A stretch of DNA of 64,000 nt from Methanomicrobia archaeon (GTDB taxonomy: Archaea; Halobacteriota; Bog-38; Methanoflorentales; Methanoflorentaceae). Below are positions 31,011-41,806 of the stretch, one piece after another. The stretch lies in assembly GCA_015661395.1 (NCBI GenBank), contig JACWML010000010.1:2499-66498 (forward strand). The letters are read 5' to 3'. The notes beneath the pieces were generated by a model. The model saw nothing but the letters and a program-made list of their open reading frames with translations. It was not told the DNA's origin and searched no databases. The position numbers and the translations under genes were made by a program. The first letter of the stretch is position 1; each line of letters opens with the position of its first letter.

Positions 31011-31210
31011 AAGAGCAAGTTCACGTCAGGAGTCAAAAAGCCTTCGCCAGAACGGTGTAGCGGTCAGCCCTTGGCGCCGGCTGGCCTGATTTTTCACGCT
31101 TCTCAATTGTCCGCGGAGGGGTCTTTATTGGCGCAAAAGCCTTGCTGAGCGTTCCGGTCGCGTTTCGTCTACGGCCGTGAGCGACCATTTTTTGCAGCAG
31201 AAGAGGTTTT

Positions 31211-31885
31211 TCACGTTATTCCCCCTGAGCAGGGAATGCATACCGTTTCGCCGTTCTCCAGTCGCACTCTGTGTTCTGAAACCGGCTCTCCGCATTTGTG
31301 ACACGTTACCGACCGAAATATCCGTGCCTTTCTGGGAACCTCGGCGATTTCGATATGCGTGACGTCAAACAAATCTTCCTCTGGCATCTTCATGAGCGTT
31401 TCGGCGATCCCGTCTGCACGCTTCCTGAATTCCTGCTCTTCTTGCCGCGAGGCAGATCCGGAATTCACCTTTGTCCGCAGCTGGCTCCACGCTGGATCCA
31501 CGTGCTCGAGATCCACTGAGCTCTTCAATGCGATTCGTACCGCGTCACCGGTGTCCCTGTTTATGAACGTATACACGTGCTTTCCGTAGTCTCTAAACAC
31601 AAGATTGCCTTTTCCGAATGTGCAATCAGTTACAACCTGTACGGCGTCGACGCTACAGCTGTCGTTTTCAACTATGGCTACCAATTCCTCGTCGACTGAC
31701 TTATCAGAGGAAAGCTCCCGCGTCGCTATCTTTGCAGCGCGGTATCCGATTGCTGTTCCAGGACAAACGTGCCCGTGGAACGTCGTGACGTCCGGAAAAG
31801 AGGTCTGCTTTGCGGTCCCCATCTTGATCACCTGTGCGTCGTAAAACCCACGATTGACATCATCGTATCTGCTCTCAATATTCAT
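31211..31885 (-). CDS. FmdE/FwdE-family protein (formylmethanofuran dehydrogenase subunit E-like) with a C-terminal zinc ribbon
   Basis: FHGHVCPGTAIGYRA is the FmdE-family signature. C-terminal CHKCGE...CIPCSG. Confidence 0.75.
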   Translation of the reverse strand: MNIESRYDDVNRGFYDAQVIKMGTAKQTSFPDVTTFHGHVCPGTAIGYRAAKIATRELSSDKSVDEELVAIVENDSCSVDAVQVVTDCTFGKGNLVFRDYGKHVYTFINRDTGDAVRIALKSSVDLEHVDPAWSQLRTKVNSGSASRQEEQEFRKRADGIAETLMKMPEEDLFDVTHIEIAEVPRKARIFRSVTCHKCGEPVSEHRVRLENGETVCIPCSGGIT

Positions 31886-32146
31886 AAATTCCTGTTAAGG
31901 CTTTTGTTTCGAAATGCTTCCAACGCTGTTGTCCGCTTCGCGCTAACCAATCTTCGTGAAGAAACGCTAGCCCGCTTGCGCGTCAGAGCCGATGAAAAGC
32001 TGGTTAGGACTAGCTTGCGCAGCGAGCATTGTCGGGCGGTAATGCTGGATATGACCTGCGCTAGGAGTTTACCGCCGAAGCGCAAAACAAAGGAAACAAT
32101 CTTATAGAATCGGAAGCGCACGAATTGAGAGAGAAAAGGTGGAACC

Positions 32147-32593
32147 GTGAGCACGAATGAAGCCGACGTAAGCTCGATAGCATACTGTGGTCTTCACTGC
32201 GGCGACTGTCCGAATCACTCGGGAGAGATTGCTGATTTAGCGCGCGATTTGCGCAAAAAGCTGCGCGAGTATCATTTCGAGCGGGTGGCTCCAGGGCTTG
32301 CCACGTTCTTCAAGCCATTCGCCAACTATGCGCCGTGTTACGAGACCCTTGGGGCAATGGTGAAGCTTCGGTGCAAACGCGGGTGCCGCGACAATGGCGG
32401 GCCACCGCAGTGCAAGATCAGGAATTGTTGCAGGAAGCACGAGTTTCAGGGGTGCTGGCAATGCACTGATTTTGAGACCTGCGAGAAGCTCAGTTTCCTC
32501 ACGGCGACGCACGAAGACGCTCACACGAAGAACCTCAGAACGATCAACAAGCGAGGGATCGATGCGTTCCTCGCGGGAAAGAGATATCGGTGA
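32147..32593 (+). CDS. Cys-rich DUF3795-like protein
   Basis: YCGLHCGDCPNHSG N-terminal motif and about 14 Cys in total, as in DUF3795 proteins of methanogens and clostridia. Confidence 0.5.
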   Translation: MSTNEADVSSIAYCGLHCGDCPNHSGEIADLARDLRKKLREYHFERVAPGLATFFKPFANYAPCYETLGAMVKLRCKRGCRDNGGPPQCKIRNCCRKHEFQGCWQCTDFETCEKLSFLTATHEDAHTKNLRTINKRGIDAFLAGKRYR

Positions 32594-32756
32594 GTGTTGA
32601 TGCGTTCGGCGATCTTAGTTTCTCAGGTAATCACGACGGAGTACTTTATGTGCGTTCGCGCGCATACAAATCGATTAGAGCATTCCTTTTCTGCGTTCAT
32701 AGCTTACACTCTGGAGGCGAGAATCGGGGTGTGCTCGTTTAGAAGGGGAGACGGCG

Positions 32757-33008
32757 TTGTTTGGTAGTTGTCCTGGGACGTCGCATTTACGAACGCCCAC
32801 CCTGACTACTAAGAAGTGCCCGCGGTGCGGCGACTACGTGGAGATTTTCTCATCAGACGTCAAGGTCAAATGCGGCAAGTGTGGGCTCACGGTGTTTAAC
32901 GACATGAACCTGTGCATTCACTGGTGCGCCTATGCAAAAGAGTGCGTTGGCCCTGAACTCTACGAGCAGTTAACAAAGGGCGATAAGGAGCAAACTAAGT
33001 CGCCGTAG
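32757..33008 (+). CDS. small zinc-ribbon protein (TTG start, GGGGAG SD-like motif upstream)
   Basis: KKCPRCGDYVEIFSSDVKVKCGKCG plus a downstream CIHWCAYAKEC. Confidence 0.4.
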   Translation: MFGSCPGTSHLRTPTLTTKKCPRCGDYVEIFSSDVKVKCGKCGLTVFNDMNLCIHWCAYAKECVGPELYEQLTKGDKEQTKSP

Positions 33009-33137
33009 CGTTTTAAGCTGCAGAAGCGGCAGCTCGCGGCGATTTTTCAAGGGTGAAACCTTATATCTATAAACGCTAACGTGTGTTGACGACTAGACCT
33101 TCGACCACCAACCGTATGGTTTGCTGGGGATCAAGAA

Positions 33138-35332
33138 GTGAACGAACGCAGCGATGCACCGCCTGAGCGCTTCGAAATAGTGTCTGGCTTTCTCCGCGCT
33201 TTTTCTGATGCCGCGGTGCTCACGGACGCTGAAGGCATCATCCTCGCCGTTAACGAAGCAGCTGTCGAGCGGATCAGCACTAGCGCTGCCACACTCGTCG
33301 GCGCCTACGCGTACGATGTTCTTCCTGCTGAGGCAGCGCAGAGGCGCCGGAGATGGATGGCAGAGGTCGTCGCCTCAGGTGCCCCGATGCACGTGGAAGA
33401 ATGGTGCGAAGGGCGACGTTTTCGAATATCCCTTTATCCTCTTGCCAAAACGAACGGCTCGGTCACACGCGTGCTCATGCTTGACCAGGCCGTGACGGAA
33501 GAGCGTGACGTCATTGACGAACAACAGCGCCTTGCTGTGCTTGACTCGGCAACTGACGCGATCATAATTTTTGATCTCGATGGGCACATAAAGTACTGGA
33601 ATAAGGGTGCCGAACAGCAGTATGGGTGGAAGCAAGACGACGTGCGCGGGGTGATAATCCATACGTTGCTTCACACTGTCTTTCCATCCCGCCTTGAGGA
33701 CATCATAGGTCAGCTCTTGCGTGCGGGAAGGTGGGCGGGAGAGTTACGACATACCACTCGCGCCGGCATCGCCATTACGGTCATGAGCCACTGGACGTTG
33801 CAGTACGGTGCACGGAATGTGCCGGTGGCGATCCTCGAGACTGCGCGGGATATCACTGAGCGGAAGCAGGCTGAAGAGAAGCTCCGTGCCGCCTCGCTCT
33901 ACGCAAGAAGCCTTATCGAAGCAAGTCTCGATCCCCTCGTCACCATCAATGCTGACGGAAAACCGACAGGTCTTTTCTGACGGCTTCGTCAGAGACTACC
34001 CTCTGGCCATTCGGCACAAATCGGGCAGAATCACGGATGTGTTGTACAACGCGACACTGTTCAAGAATGAACGGAACGAGATTCAAGGAGTTTTTGCAGC
34101 TGCGCGGGATCGAGGTTATCCACGTCATCAACGAAGCTAGCGACCTTCCTACGTTGTTTGGAGAGGCCCTAGCTACGACGATTGAGCTGCTGGGGTTTGC
34201 TGCTGGATTCATTGCCACTGAAAACGAAGCTGGGCGGCTGCAGGTGCGTTATGCACATAACTTACCTTCAGCTTTCGTTGAATCCCTCGATCAGATCGAT
34301 ATCGACGCCACCCCCTACGTGCGAGACGTGTTTCGGAAAGGGGAATCTGTTGTCGTCGAGGAACTCCCTGCTGACGCGCTTGCTTCAAGGCACGGAGTGC
34401 ACGGAGCCGCCGTTTCCGTTCCCGTCTTCGCCGAAGGTGCCCTTATTGGACAATTCACGATATACGCGATGCGCCCGCACTCGTTTACGCCAGAGGAGCG
34501 AAATCTGCTTCGCACGATCGCAACCGAATTCGGCACGGCGTTGTCGAAGCTTGAGGCACAGGCAGCCGCTCATCACTACGCCGAGGAACTCGCGCAATAT
34601 TCTGCACATCTTGAAGAGCTCGTAGAGAAACGCACTGCGCAGCTCAGGGACGTCGAGCGCCTCGCCGGCATCGGGGAGACCGCTGCTATGATCGGTCACG
34701 ATCTCCGCAATCCCTTGCAAGGTCTCCAGTACATTGTCGATCTGCAGAGGCTCCGCTTCGAACGCATGTCTCCCGCCGACCGCAGCCGCGACGAGTGGCA
34801 AAAAGAACAAGCGCTCTTTGCCAGGATCAGCGACCAGATTTTTTACATGGACAAGATTGTTGGCGACCTCCAGGACTACGCCCGTCCGATCGTCCCTGAG
34901 CGCGAAGAGATCGTTGTCGAGAAGCTGATCGAAGACGTCGTTCAATCGCTGCCGCACACGGATGGTGTGCGCATTGCGACGGAGGTTCCAGACCTGCAAT
35001 TGATGGCGGATCCCCATCTGATGCATCGCGTGTTAGCAAACCTAATCCTCAACGCCGTGCAGGCGATGCCGGACGGTGGGACGGTCACCGTTAGCGCATC
35101 TACCGACGATGGCTCGGTGGCGATAAGCGTGCACGATACTGGCATCGGCATTCCGAACGACGCTAAAGACAAGCTCTTTAAACCGCTCTTTACCGGCAAG
35201 GCGAAGGGAACGGGACTTGGTTTAGCAGTGGTGAAGCGGATCGTCGAGGCGCACGCTGGGCGAATAACTGTTGAGAGTGAAGTCGGAAAAGGATCAACGT
35301 TTACCGTAAATTTCCCCAGCACTGAGGGTTGA
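33138..35332 (+). pseudogene. multi-domain sensor histidine kinase (PAS-PAS-PAS-GAF-HisKA-HATPase_c) disrupted at ~33960-33980 and ~34100
   Basis: Frame 0 (33138..33980) gives two complete PAS domains and the start of a third (SLIEASLDPLVTINADGK), then stops. Frame 1 (to 34140) carries the end of that PAS (QVFSDGFVRDYPLAIRHKSGRITDVLYNATLFKNERNEIQGVFAAARD) with about 40 central PAS residues missing. Frame 2 (34037..35332) carries GAF, the HisKA H-box (IGHDLRNPLQGL) and HATPase (N, G1 DTGIGIP, G2 GTGLGLAV). Confidence 0.55.
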
Positions 35333-35557
35333 AAGTCGAACGCGACTCGTCGTTCAGAAGTTAACGTGTCTAGAGCTGCTGAAGCTGCCACGCCCCCCCT
35401 TTTCTTTGTTTTTGGTCTTCCTAAAGCGAACTTTCTTGGTGGAAGGTTCTTATTCCTACCGCGGAAACCTAATCTGAAGAAAGGGGATGTGCGTGCAGTT
35501 GTTAGCGATACTACGTGTTTTGGAGTTCGTCGCGGGCGTTGAAGACGCGCGCGTCTC

Positions 35558-35926
35558 GTGGGAGTTAGGGCCACAAATACTGCGGATGATGACATCCGGC
35601 ACCGCGTCAAAGAGGGGTTAGACGTGGGCGCCATCGCAGAGACCAATCAAAAGGAGCGCCGAGATCAGTTCTTCTGTCAGCTTGCACGCCGCCATCTTGA
35701 CGCCGGTGAAAGCGACAAAGACGGCTGGGTGATCGTTCCCGAAGCAACGGGAACGTCAGCAGGTTACAATGAACGTGAAATACAAGGCTTTCTTGAGCGT
35801 CTCGTAGAGGACGGGTGGATCGAAGTGAAGGATCCTGCTCGGACCGGCGGAATCCATGCACGATTGACATCAGCAGGCAGAGCGCGTGCGCAAGTGATCT
35901 GCAAGGACGCGCCGTTTGCTCAATAA
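35558..35926 (+). CDS. hypothetical protein, possibly winged-helix (GTG start)
   Basis: C-terminal EREIQGFLERLVEDGWIEVKDPARTGGIHARLTSAGRARA resembles a wHTH wing. Weak. Confidence 0.3.
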   Translation: MGVRATNTADDDIRHRVKEGLDVGAIAETNQKERRDQFFCQLARRHLDAGESDKDGWVIVPEATGTSAGYNEREIQGFLERLVEDGWIEVKDPARTGGIHARLTSAGRARAQVICKDAPFAQ

Positions 35927-36205
35927 CAGTTGGACTGCGATTCTCGTGCGCGGAAGGATGGCGGGGACCTTGTGGTGGAGAGAGACTGGAGAAATAGCTG
36001 TTGTCGCATAGCGGTAGAAGGCGAGACACATCCGACATCGGCCGTCGCTTGTCCGCTGACACTCTCGGGTTTTCGCTGCGGTGGTGTTATTGACGTGCTC
36101 ACGCGCGTGTCGTATCTGACGCGCATGACGACGGCGAGAGTCCACTGCACGCTTCCCACCAGCTAATTAAGTAATGAATGCACACGAACGAGCGGTGATG
36201 GTACG

Positions 36206-36538
36206 ATGGACTTCGACGAATGCATCCGGTTTGCAACGGAGCACCCCATATGTGCGGTTGCGACCGTCGACGGCGACCAGCCGCGGGTTCGCATGTTGGG
36301 AATGTGGTTTGCGGCCAAGGAAGGCTTCTATTTCTCCACAGCGAAGGTGATGCGGGCGTCAGGCGTGGTCGCGTTCCTTGATGACCCGAAGCTCAAAGAG
36401 CGTCTTCTTGAGGACCGCCCGTTCTTGCGTCCTACTGCTGAGAACATCGCCATATTCCGCGTTGAGAAAGGCGATGCGTGGTTCTGGACCTTTTCCGACA
36501 GCGGGCGCGAGTCTGCGATTGAAAGGATCTCCTTTTAG
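36206..36538 (+). CDS. pyridoxamine 5'-phosphate oxidase-like FMN-binding split-barrel protein
   Basis: MDFDECIRFATEHPICAVATVDGDQPRVRMLGMWF...FYFST is the typical PNPOx-like family N-terminus. Confidence 0.6.
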   Translation: MDFDECIRFATEHPICAVATVDGDQPRVRMLGMWFAAKEGFYFSTAKVMRASGVVAFLDDPKLKERLLEDRPFLRPTAENIAIFRVEKGDAWFWTFSDSGRESAIERISF

Positions 36539-37204
36539 GTGAGCACAGGAGGAAGCGAAACCAGAGATCGAACGGAGAGCGATATGACAACTCAAGAACT
36601 TACCACCAAAGACGCGATCGAGCAAAGGCACAGCATTCGGAAATTTAAAAACGACCGTATTCCCGACGAGCATATTTTGGCGCTTATAGAAGCTGCTAGA
36701 TTGGCGCCCTCAGCCTCCAATACGCAACCGTGGCGGTTCAAGATTGTTTCCGACGACGAGACCAAGGTCAAACTGGTAGAAGCAGCGTATCACCAGTCAT
36801 TTGTGGGGCAGGCTCCGGTGGTGCTGGTATGCTGCGCCGACCTCCACGGCTACTTCGAAGGCATCGCCGCGAGAAGTCAGGATTTTGGAAAGGAAGGCGC
36901 GCTTGAGGAGAGCATGGTGCGCGTTCTTCGTGAGAGGGCCGACCAACTGAAAACGATGAACGTCCAAGATATGGCTCCTAGCATCGCTTTCAACGTCGCT
37001 ATCGCGATTGAACATATCGTGTTGCGGGCCTTGGATTTTGGCTTGGGGAGTTGCTGGGTGAGAATGATCGATGAACAAAAGATCAAGGACATTTTTGGCT
37101 GGAGTAACGCAATGCACGTCGTTGCACTGCTGCCGCTCGGCTACCCTGATGAGGTCCCTGCTCCACGAAAGCGGCGCACTGTCGAGGAGATCCTGTTGGA
37201 CTGA
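36539..37204 (+). CDS. nitroreductase-family oxidoreductase
   Basis: RHSIRKF, APSASNTQPWRF and the second-half nitroreductase fold. The likely true start is the ATG at 36584 (MTTQELT...). Confidence 0.8.
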   Translation: MSTGGSETRDRTESDMTTQELTTKDAIEQRHSIRKFKNDRIPDEHILALIEAARLAPSASNTQPWRFKIVSDDETKVKLVEAAYHQSFVGQAPVVLVCCADLHGYFEGIAARSQDFGKEGALEESMVRVLRERADQLKTMNVQDMAPSIAFNVAIAIEHIVLRALDFGLGSCWVRMIDEQKIKDIFGWSNAMHVVALLPLGYPDEVPAPRKRRTVEEILLD

Positions 37205-37246
37205 AATAGTGGCTAGGGCATACGTAAGTTTGGCCGAAAGACAAAT

Positions 37247-37398
37247 CAGTGCAAGCTGAGGCTTTCAAGGTCTCTTCGGTCGTTTTCAAATCGTATTTGG
37301 TCGAGAAGACTTTTGAGCTCGGCTTTTGATTCGTTTAAGCTCTTTTCTAACTTCGTCACGCGTTCCTTTAGGTCATTTATTTCGTTTTCGTAGTCCAT
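37247..37398 (-). CDS. possible small coiled-coil protein (50 aa)
   Basis: MDYENEINDLKERVTKLEKSLNESKAELKSLLDQIRFENDRRDLESLSLH, heptad-like. Too short for the ORF track. Confidence 0.2.
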
Positions 37399-37457
37399 TT
37401 TTGCAAGCCGCCATTTCTTCGTAATGAGTCTGTGTGAAACGCAGCAGCACTAATGCA

Positions 37458-37712
37458 TTACGATGGCTCGTACCACCCGTACTCGCGCTGCTGATGCGAT
37501 CGCACCCGTATCTTGCTTACAATCTGTCGCAGTTGCTGTCGGGCGCTGTCAGGAAGCCACGCATCGTGCACACGGTTCTGTAGGTACTGATACGCTTTCC
37601 AATTACACGAACACATTCGCAGTAGTTTTTCGGCCGCTATATCGGCATAGTCGTTCTTGTAGTCCGCGAGTTCGAGTATGAGCTCGTCGACTTCCACGCA
37701 CTCGTTGTTCAC
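37458..37712 (-). CDS. hypothetical protein (84 aa)
   Basis: ORF only. Lies immediately upstream, on the same strand, of the small coiled-coil ORF. Confidence 0.3.
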   Translation of the reverse strand: MNNECVEVDELILELADYKNDYADIAAEKLLRMCSCNWKAYQYLQNRVHDAWLPDSARQQLRQIVSKIRVRSHQQREYGWYEPS

Positions 37713-37805
37713 ATTTGAAAATGCGTGTGAACCCGGATAGTCATTGGCTGAGAGCGGCGCGGAAGTAGTCTTGCGGTCACCGCTTACCCCCCCGGCCTAC
37801 GCACG

Positions 37806-37870
37806 CTGGTGTGACACAAAAGCCCTGTCACGCTTTCCCACACAAACGCCCTGTCACGGTTTTACACGAA
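37806..37870. repeat. adjacent imperfect direct repeats of about 24 bp (gccctgtcacgctttcccacacaaa / gccctgtcacggttttacacgaaa), preceded by gtgacacaaaa
   Basis: Seen directly, 35-100 bp upstream of the small Cys-containing ORF at 37905. Confidence 0.5.
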
Positions 37871-37904
37871 ATCGCTGCCTCACGCGGCCTTATGAAACTA
37901 CTCT

Positions 37905-38090
37905 GTGCAGTTTGGATCGGAGATGAACGTTATGGCAACGAACGTAACGAGCATAAGAAACGGCGCCTGTCTGTACGGACTTCGCTTCGGCTGCGTGAAC
38001 ACGACCAACGATCCGAACTGCAACAAGTGTGCAGAGCGCCTCGCCAACGCCGTGAACAGCGTGCTTCGACCGACCGCACCAAATAGCTAG
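37905..38090 (+). CDS. possible small 4-Cys peptide (61 aa)
   Basis: ORF with CLYGLRFGC...CNKC. No homology recognisable. Confidence 0.2.
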   Translation: MQFGSEMNVMATNVTSIRNGACLYGLRFGCVNTTNDPNCNKCAERLANAVNSVLRPTAPNS

Positions 38091-38534
38091 ACCTAAACGT
38101 GCTGCAAAGCTCGCTACACCGACTTTTTTTGATTAACAGGTGCGGCACGTTGTGGTTAAGCTCTTTTGTAGGTCGACGCAGTCACAGCGTTTCGATGCGG
38201 TTTTGGGGCGCTTCTACCCATAAACTTTCAATTGCTGATTTATGGCACCACCAAAAACTGGGCCACGACGGCGAGGACGCTTACGAGCACCAACACGCCG
38301 CACATTATCGCGACTTTTCGTCTCATGCGGCTGACCTCTTAGCACGTTCGCGTTCCAAGCAAGCAAAACAGAGACACAAAAAAAAGAAGTGCCGCCGCTT
38401 ACGCATTTTCCTCTGATCTCGGTTGCCCTCGGACGCGACGTTTGAAGACAACGCTATGCGCTTTCCAGACTGCTTTATGAGTAGAGCTACCAAATTTGGC
38501 CAGCATCTGCTATAGCCAAACCGTCGTCAGAGTA

Positions 38535-39068
38535 TCACGGGGGAGATGGCAAGTATTCATACGCACCGATCCAGACGTATTGATCAGTCTGCAGAATCAG
38601 ATTACCTGGAGTTCCTAGCGACGCCCCGGTATCATAAATGGCATAAACAGTCGTTGCGTTCCCTTTTGCGCGCTGATTCGCTTCTGGACTAAGCTTACTC
38701 GGATACGAGGTCGCTACCAACCGATAACCAGCGTTATTATTATTAACGTATGTTGTCGCCGCGTCAGGAGAACCGAACCGGATCAGCGTGACGTTTTCAC
38801 TGTAGGTGAGGTTTACCGCGCTGTTGGTAGATGACGGGTACGTCCACGCATCTGTTATAACCGCAGATGATGCATTTATCGGCGTGACAAGCCACGCAGT
38901 CAAATTATTTGGATGTTCGGCCCTCAACGTCGTGTTATACGCCTCGATATATTGTGCAAGCTGAGGATCTGGCGGCGTCACTGCCGTCGTGGTTGACTTA
39001 ATGCAACCGGCCATGGATAGTGATGCGACGATAAGGAGCGCAATAACCACTGCCTCTTTTTTTGCCAT
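38535..39068 (-). CDS. secreted lipoprotein, N-glycosylation-sequon rich
   Basis: Signal peptide plus lipobox (LLIVASLSMAGC). At least six N-x-S/T sequons. No catalytic motif. Confidence 0.6.
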   Translation of the reverse strand: MAKKEAVVIALLIVASLSMAGCIKSTTTAVTPPDPQLAQYIEAYNTTLRAEHPNNLTAWLVTPINASSAVITDAWTYPSSTNSAVNLTYSENVTLIRFGSPDAATTYVNNNNAGYRLVATSYPSKLSPEANQRAKGNATTVYAIYDTGASLGTPGNLILQTDQYVWIGAYEYLPSPP

Positions 39069-39549
39069 CCGTTTCGCCTTCTTAAACGTCCTGTGCGTTC
39101 AAAAAACTAATCAAATACGTTGCATGGGTGAGAAGAAACTTAAGCCTTTCTGAGCTGGTGTCCAAGCACCGCAAGAAGCGGCGAGCGGCTTTCGCGACAG
39201 ACTGTGGTGGTCGAATACCGATTGGGGCGGTTTGGGGGACCATGACGCGCCGAGCTCCTCTTTATGTATAGTATAGCTCTTTGCTGGCGTAAACAAAAGA
39301 AAACGGGGCAGCTGTGGTTGGATCCACACAGTTTGCTCCCACGAAATGGCGTCTTATCGAAATGGGCGACGTCGCTCGGCCACCCGATGTGGCTTTGTCT
39401 CCTAGCTCCCGGAGGCTACCGAAAAGCTTATTACGTCCTTAACGCCTACATTTCGGAAGAGTTCAAGGAAAGGCACCCAGATTTTCAGAGCATTTAGGCA
39501 CGATTAACAGGCAAATTTTAAACCAGGCCCCAACGGCAGATACCACAGC

Positions 39550-40485
39550 ATGACTGATGCCATCGTAACAGAGAACCTGCGCAAACAGTTTGGCCAGTTC
39601 GAGGCACTCAAGGACCTGAACTTGACAATAGAGCCAGGGGTCTGTGTGGGATATCTTGGCCCCAACGGCGCCGGTAAGACCACCACAATCAAGATTTTAA
39701 CTAGCCTTCTTCGACCGACTGGTGGCAAAGCGTTCCTCAACGGAATCGACGTGGTGCGCAACCCTAAAGAAGCGCTTGCAAGCGTTGGTGCTGTTGTTGA
39801 GACGCCACAGCTTTATCCGCAGCTCACCCCCCTAGAGATTCTATCGTACATGGGGCAGTTACGCGGCTTGGACAGCGATGTTATTCGAGAGCGCTCGACC
39901 GCAGTGCTCGACGAGGTTAAAATGTCGGACTCAGCCCACAAGAGAACGGGGGACTTCTCGACCGGCATGAAGCAACGAGTTGCGATTGCCTCGGCGCTCC
40001 TCCACGATCCATCCATTCTGATATTCGATGAGCCAACTATCGGACTTGATCCGCGCGGCATGATAGAAGTCAGGGAGATCATCATGCAGCTTAAAGAGAG
40101 AGATTTTACTATTTTCATGAGCTCTCACCTCCTTTACGAGGTACAGGAAGTGTGCGATAAGGTCGCGATCGTTGACAAGGGGACGCTCCTCGTCTACGAC
40201 TCCGTCGCCAACCTGTCGCACGCAGGCGAGGGTGGCGTCTCGCTCACCGCCGTTGAGCCGATAACCGCGGAACAATGTGCCTCCGTGCGGGCTCTGCCTA
40301 ACGTAAGATCGGTAAAGCGAGTCGACCCGTCAGAGCTCCTTATAACGGTCGAGGGCGGGTTGAGCGAGCAGTCAGACCTGCTTGACCAGGTAAAAAATAT
40401 CGGCGTACGTGTAGCATTCTACAGACCTACTCGGTCTGCTATTGAAGATGTTTATTTGAGGCTTGTGCCAGAGGAGGAGTCATAG
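39550..40485 (+). CDS. ABC transporter ATP-binding protein
   Basis: Walker A GPNGAGKTT, signature FSTGMKQR, Walker B ILIFDEPTIGLD. Confidence 0.9.
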   Translation: MTDAIVTENLRKQFGQFEALKDLNLTIEPGVCVGYLGPNGAGKTTTIKILTSLLRPTGGKAFLNGIDVVRNPKEALASVGAVVETPQLYPQLTPLEILSYMGQLRGLDSDVIRERSTAVLDEVKMSDSAHKRTGDFSTGMKQRVAIASALLHDPSILIFDEPTIGLDPRGMIEVREIIMQLKERDFTIFMSSHLLYEVQEVCDKVAIVDKGTLLVYDSVANLSHAGEGGVSLTAVEPITAEQCASVRALPNVRSVKRVDPSELLITVEGGLSEQSDLLDQVKNIGVRVAFYRPTRSAIEDVYLRLVPEEES

Positions 40486-41309
40486 TGCCGCCAAGTGATC
40501 TTAGGCAGATGGCGGTTGTGACAAAGTACGAGCTCCTCAAGTACCTACGGGGCAAAAGGCTGCTCATCATTATTGCACTGATTGCCATAATAGGTATTCT
40601 AAACCTAGTCGTGCCCCCTACCATAGGCTCTGGGTATGACCCTGATCCGACGACATTTTCGTCGAGTATGCTTACCGAAATCGGAATCCTTATTGTGCTC
40701 TGTGCGACGTTCTTCGGGGCAGACGCAATCGTGTCTGAATTTGAACAAAAGACAGGCCTTCTGCTTTTCCCGAACGCTGTGAAGAGGCACGTGCTCGTGC
40801 TTGGCAAGTTCATCGCAAGCGCCCTGATATCGGTCGGGGCAGTCGCGCTTTACTACGCCATTACCGTAATAGCGGTAGTTGCGATTGACGGGAGCATTGC
40901 CGCGAACACCAGCCTCTCATTCTTGTATGCCTTAGCCTATTTGTTTGGGATATTGGCGATCGCCTATCTGTTCAGTGCCATTTTTAGAAGCTCAGTGTAT
41001 TCGGTCGTGCTGACGTTTTTTACGTTTTTTTTGATACTACCCATAATTGATCGTGTAGGGGGTAGCATAGCACACTTTAAGCCGTGGTTTACAATTACCT
41101 TTGCGTCGGGCATTGTTCTCGACATCTTCCAGCAGCCCTACCCTGTGGATGTGGTGCGCACCGTAGAGCGGACATTTCGTAACACTACGAGAACTCTTAC
41201 TGTCGCGCAGTACTACCCTTCGGTGGCGCAGGCGCTCGCGGTGATTTTCGTGTACTTCATAATTGGTCTCATATTAGCCCTGTGGCTAACGAAGCGACGG
41301 GAGATGTGA
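40485..41309 (+). CDS. ABC-2 family transporter permease
   Basis: 274 aa, 6 TM. Start overlaps the ATPase stop. Confidence 0.75.
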   Translation: MPPSDLRQMAVVTKYELLKYLRGKRLLIIIALIAIIGILNLVVPPTIGSGYDPDPTTFSSSMLTEIGILIVLCATFFGADAIVSEFEQKTGLLLFPNAVKRHVLVLGKFIASALISVGAVALYYAITVIAVVAIDGSIAANTSLSFLYALAYLFGILAIAYLFSAIFRSSVYSVVLTFFTFFLILPIIDRVGGSIAHFKPWFTITFASGIVLDIFQQPYPVDVVRTVERTFRNTTRTLTVAQYYPSVAQALAVIFVYFIIGLILALWLTKRREM

Positions 41310-41806
41310 ACACGAGAACAACTGAGACGCAGTTTAACTGGTCGCTTCCCAGACGTCCGGATAGCTGCTAGCCGCCCACCACATCACCTATCGTCGCGGG
41401 TCGGGCCGCCTGCGCCCAAGTTGTTGGCACAATGGTTTTCTGTGAGCGAACGCCTTGCTACGCCCTTTGGCATGTGATGAATGACCCTCTCACGACGCTA
41501 CGCCCACAATCGTGTCGCGATTCGCCCTTTGCGCATCTCATCATTAAAAGAAAAGGGAACGCGCGCTACACACGGTTGTCGTGAAAGCCTGACCAGGGCT
41601 TCGTGCCCTTTTTCAGCGTGCGCCTGTGCCAGGGCGCGAAAAAGTAGCTGGCGCCCTCCTTTTAGTGCATCAGGTTGTCTCGTGCCGGAGCAAACCGTGA
41701 TGAGGATTTGCAGACTCGTTAGTTCCCTTTCAGCGTTGAACAAGTCGTCGTGCGATCAAGCGTCTAACTGACCAGAGCGAAGTTGGCGCGATCTGCGGGG
41801 ACAGAG

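Noticed and set aside
34385-35646. Two long minus-strand ORFs (213 and 234 aa) antisense to the histidine-kinase catalytic region
   Set aside because: Arg/Ser-rich composition. The plus strand encodes clear HisKA/HATPase motifs.
41481-41771. 96-aa Arg/Cys-rich ORF in the intergenic region before the APC permease
   Set aside because: Composition typical of random GC-rich ORFs. No start context or motif.
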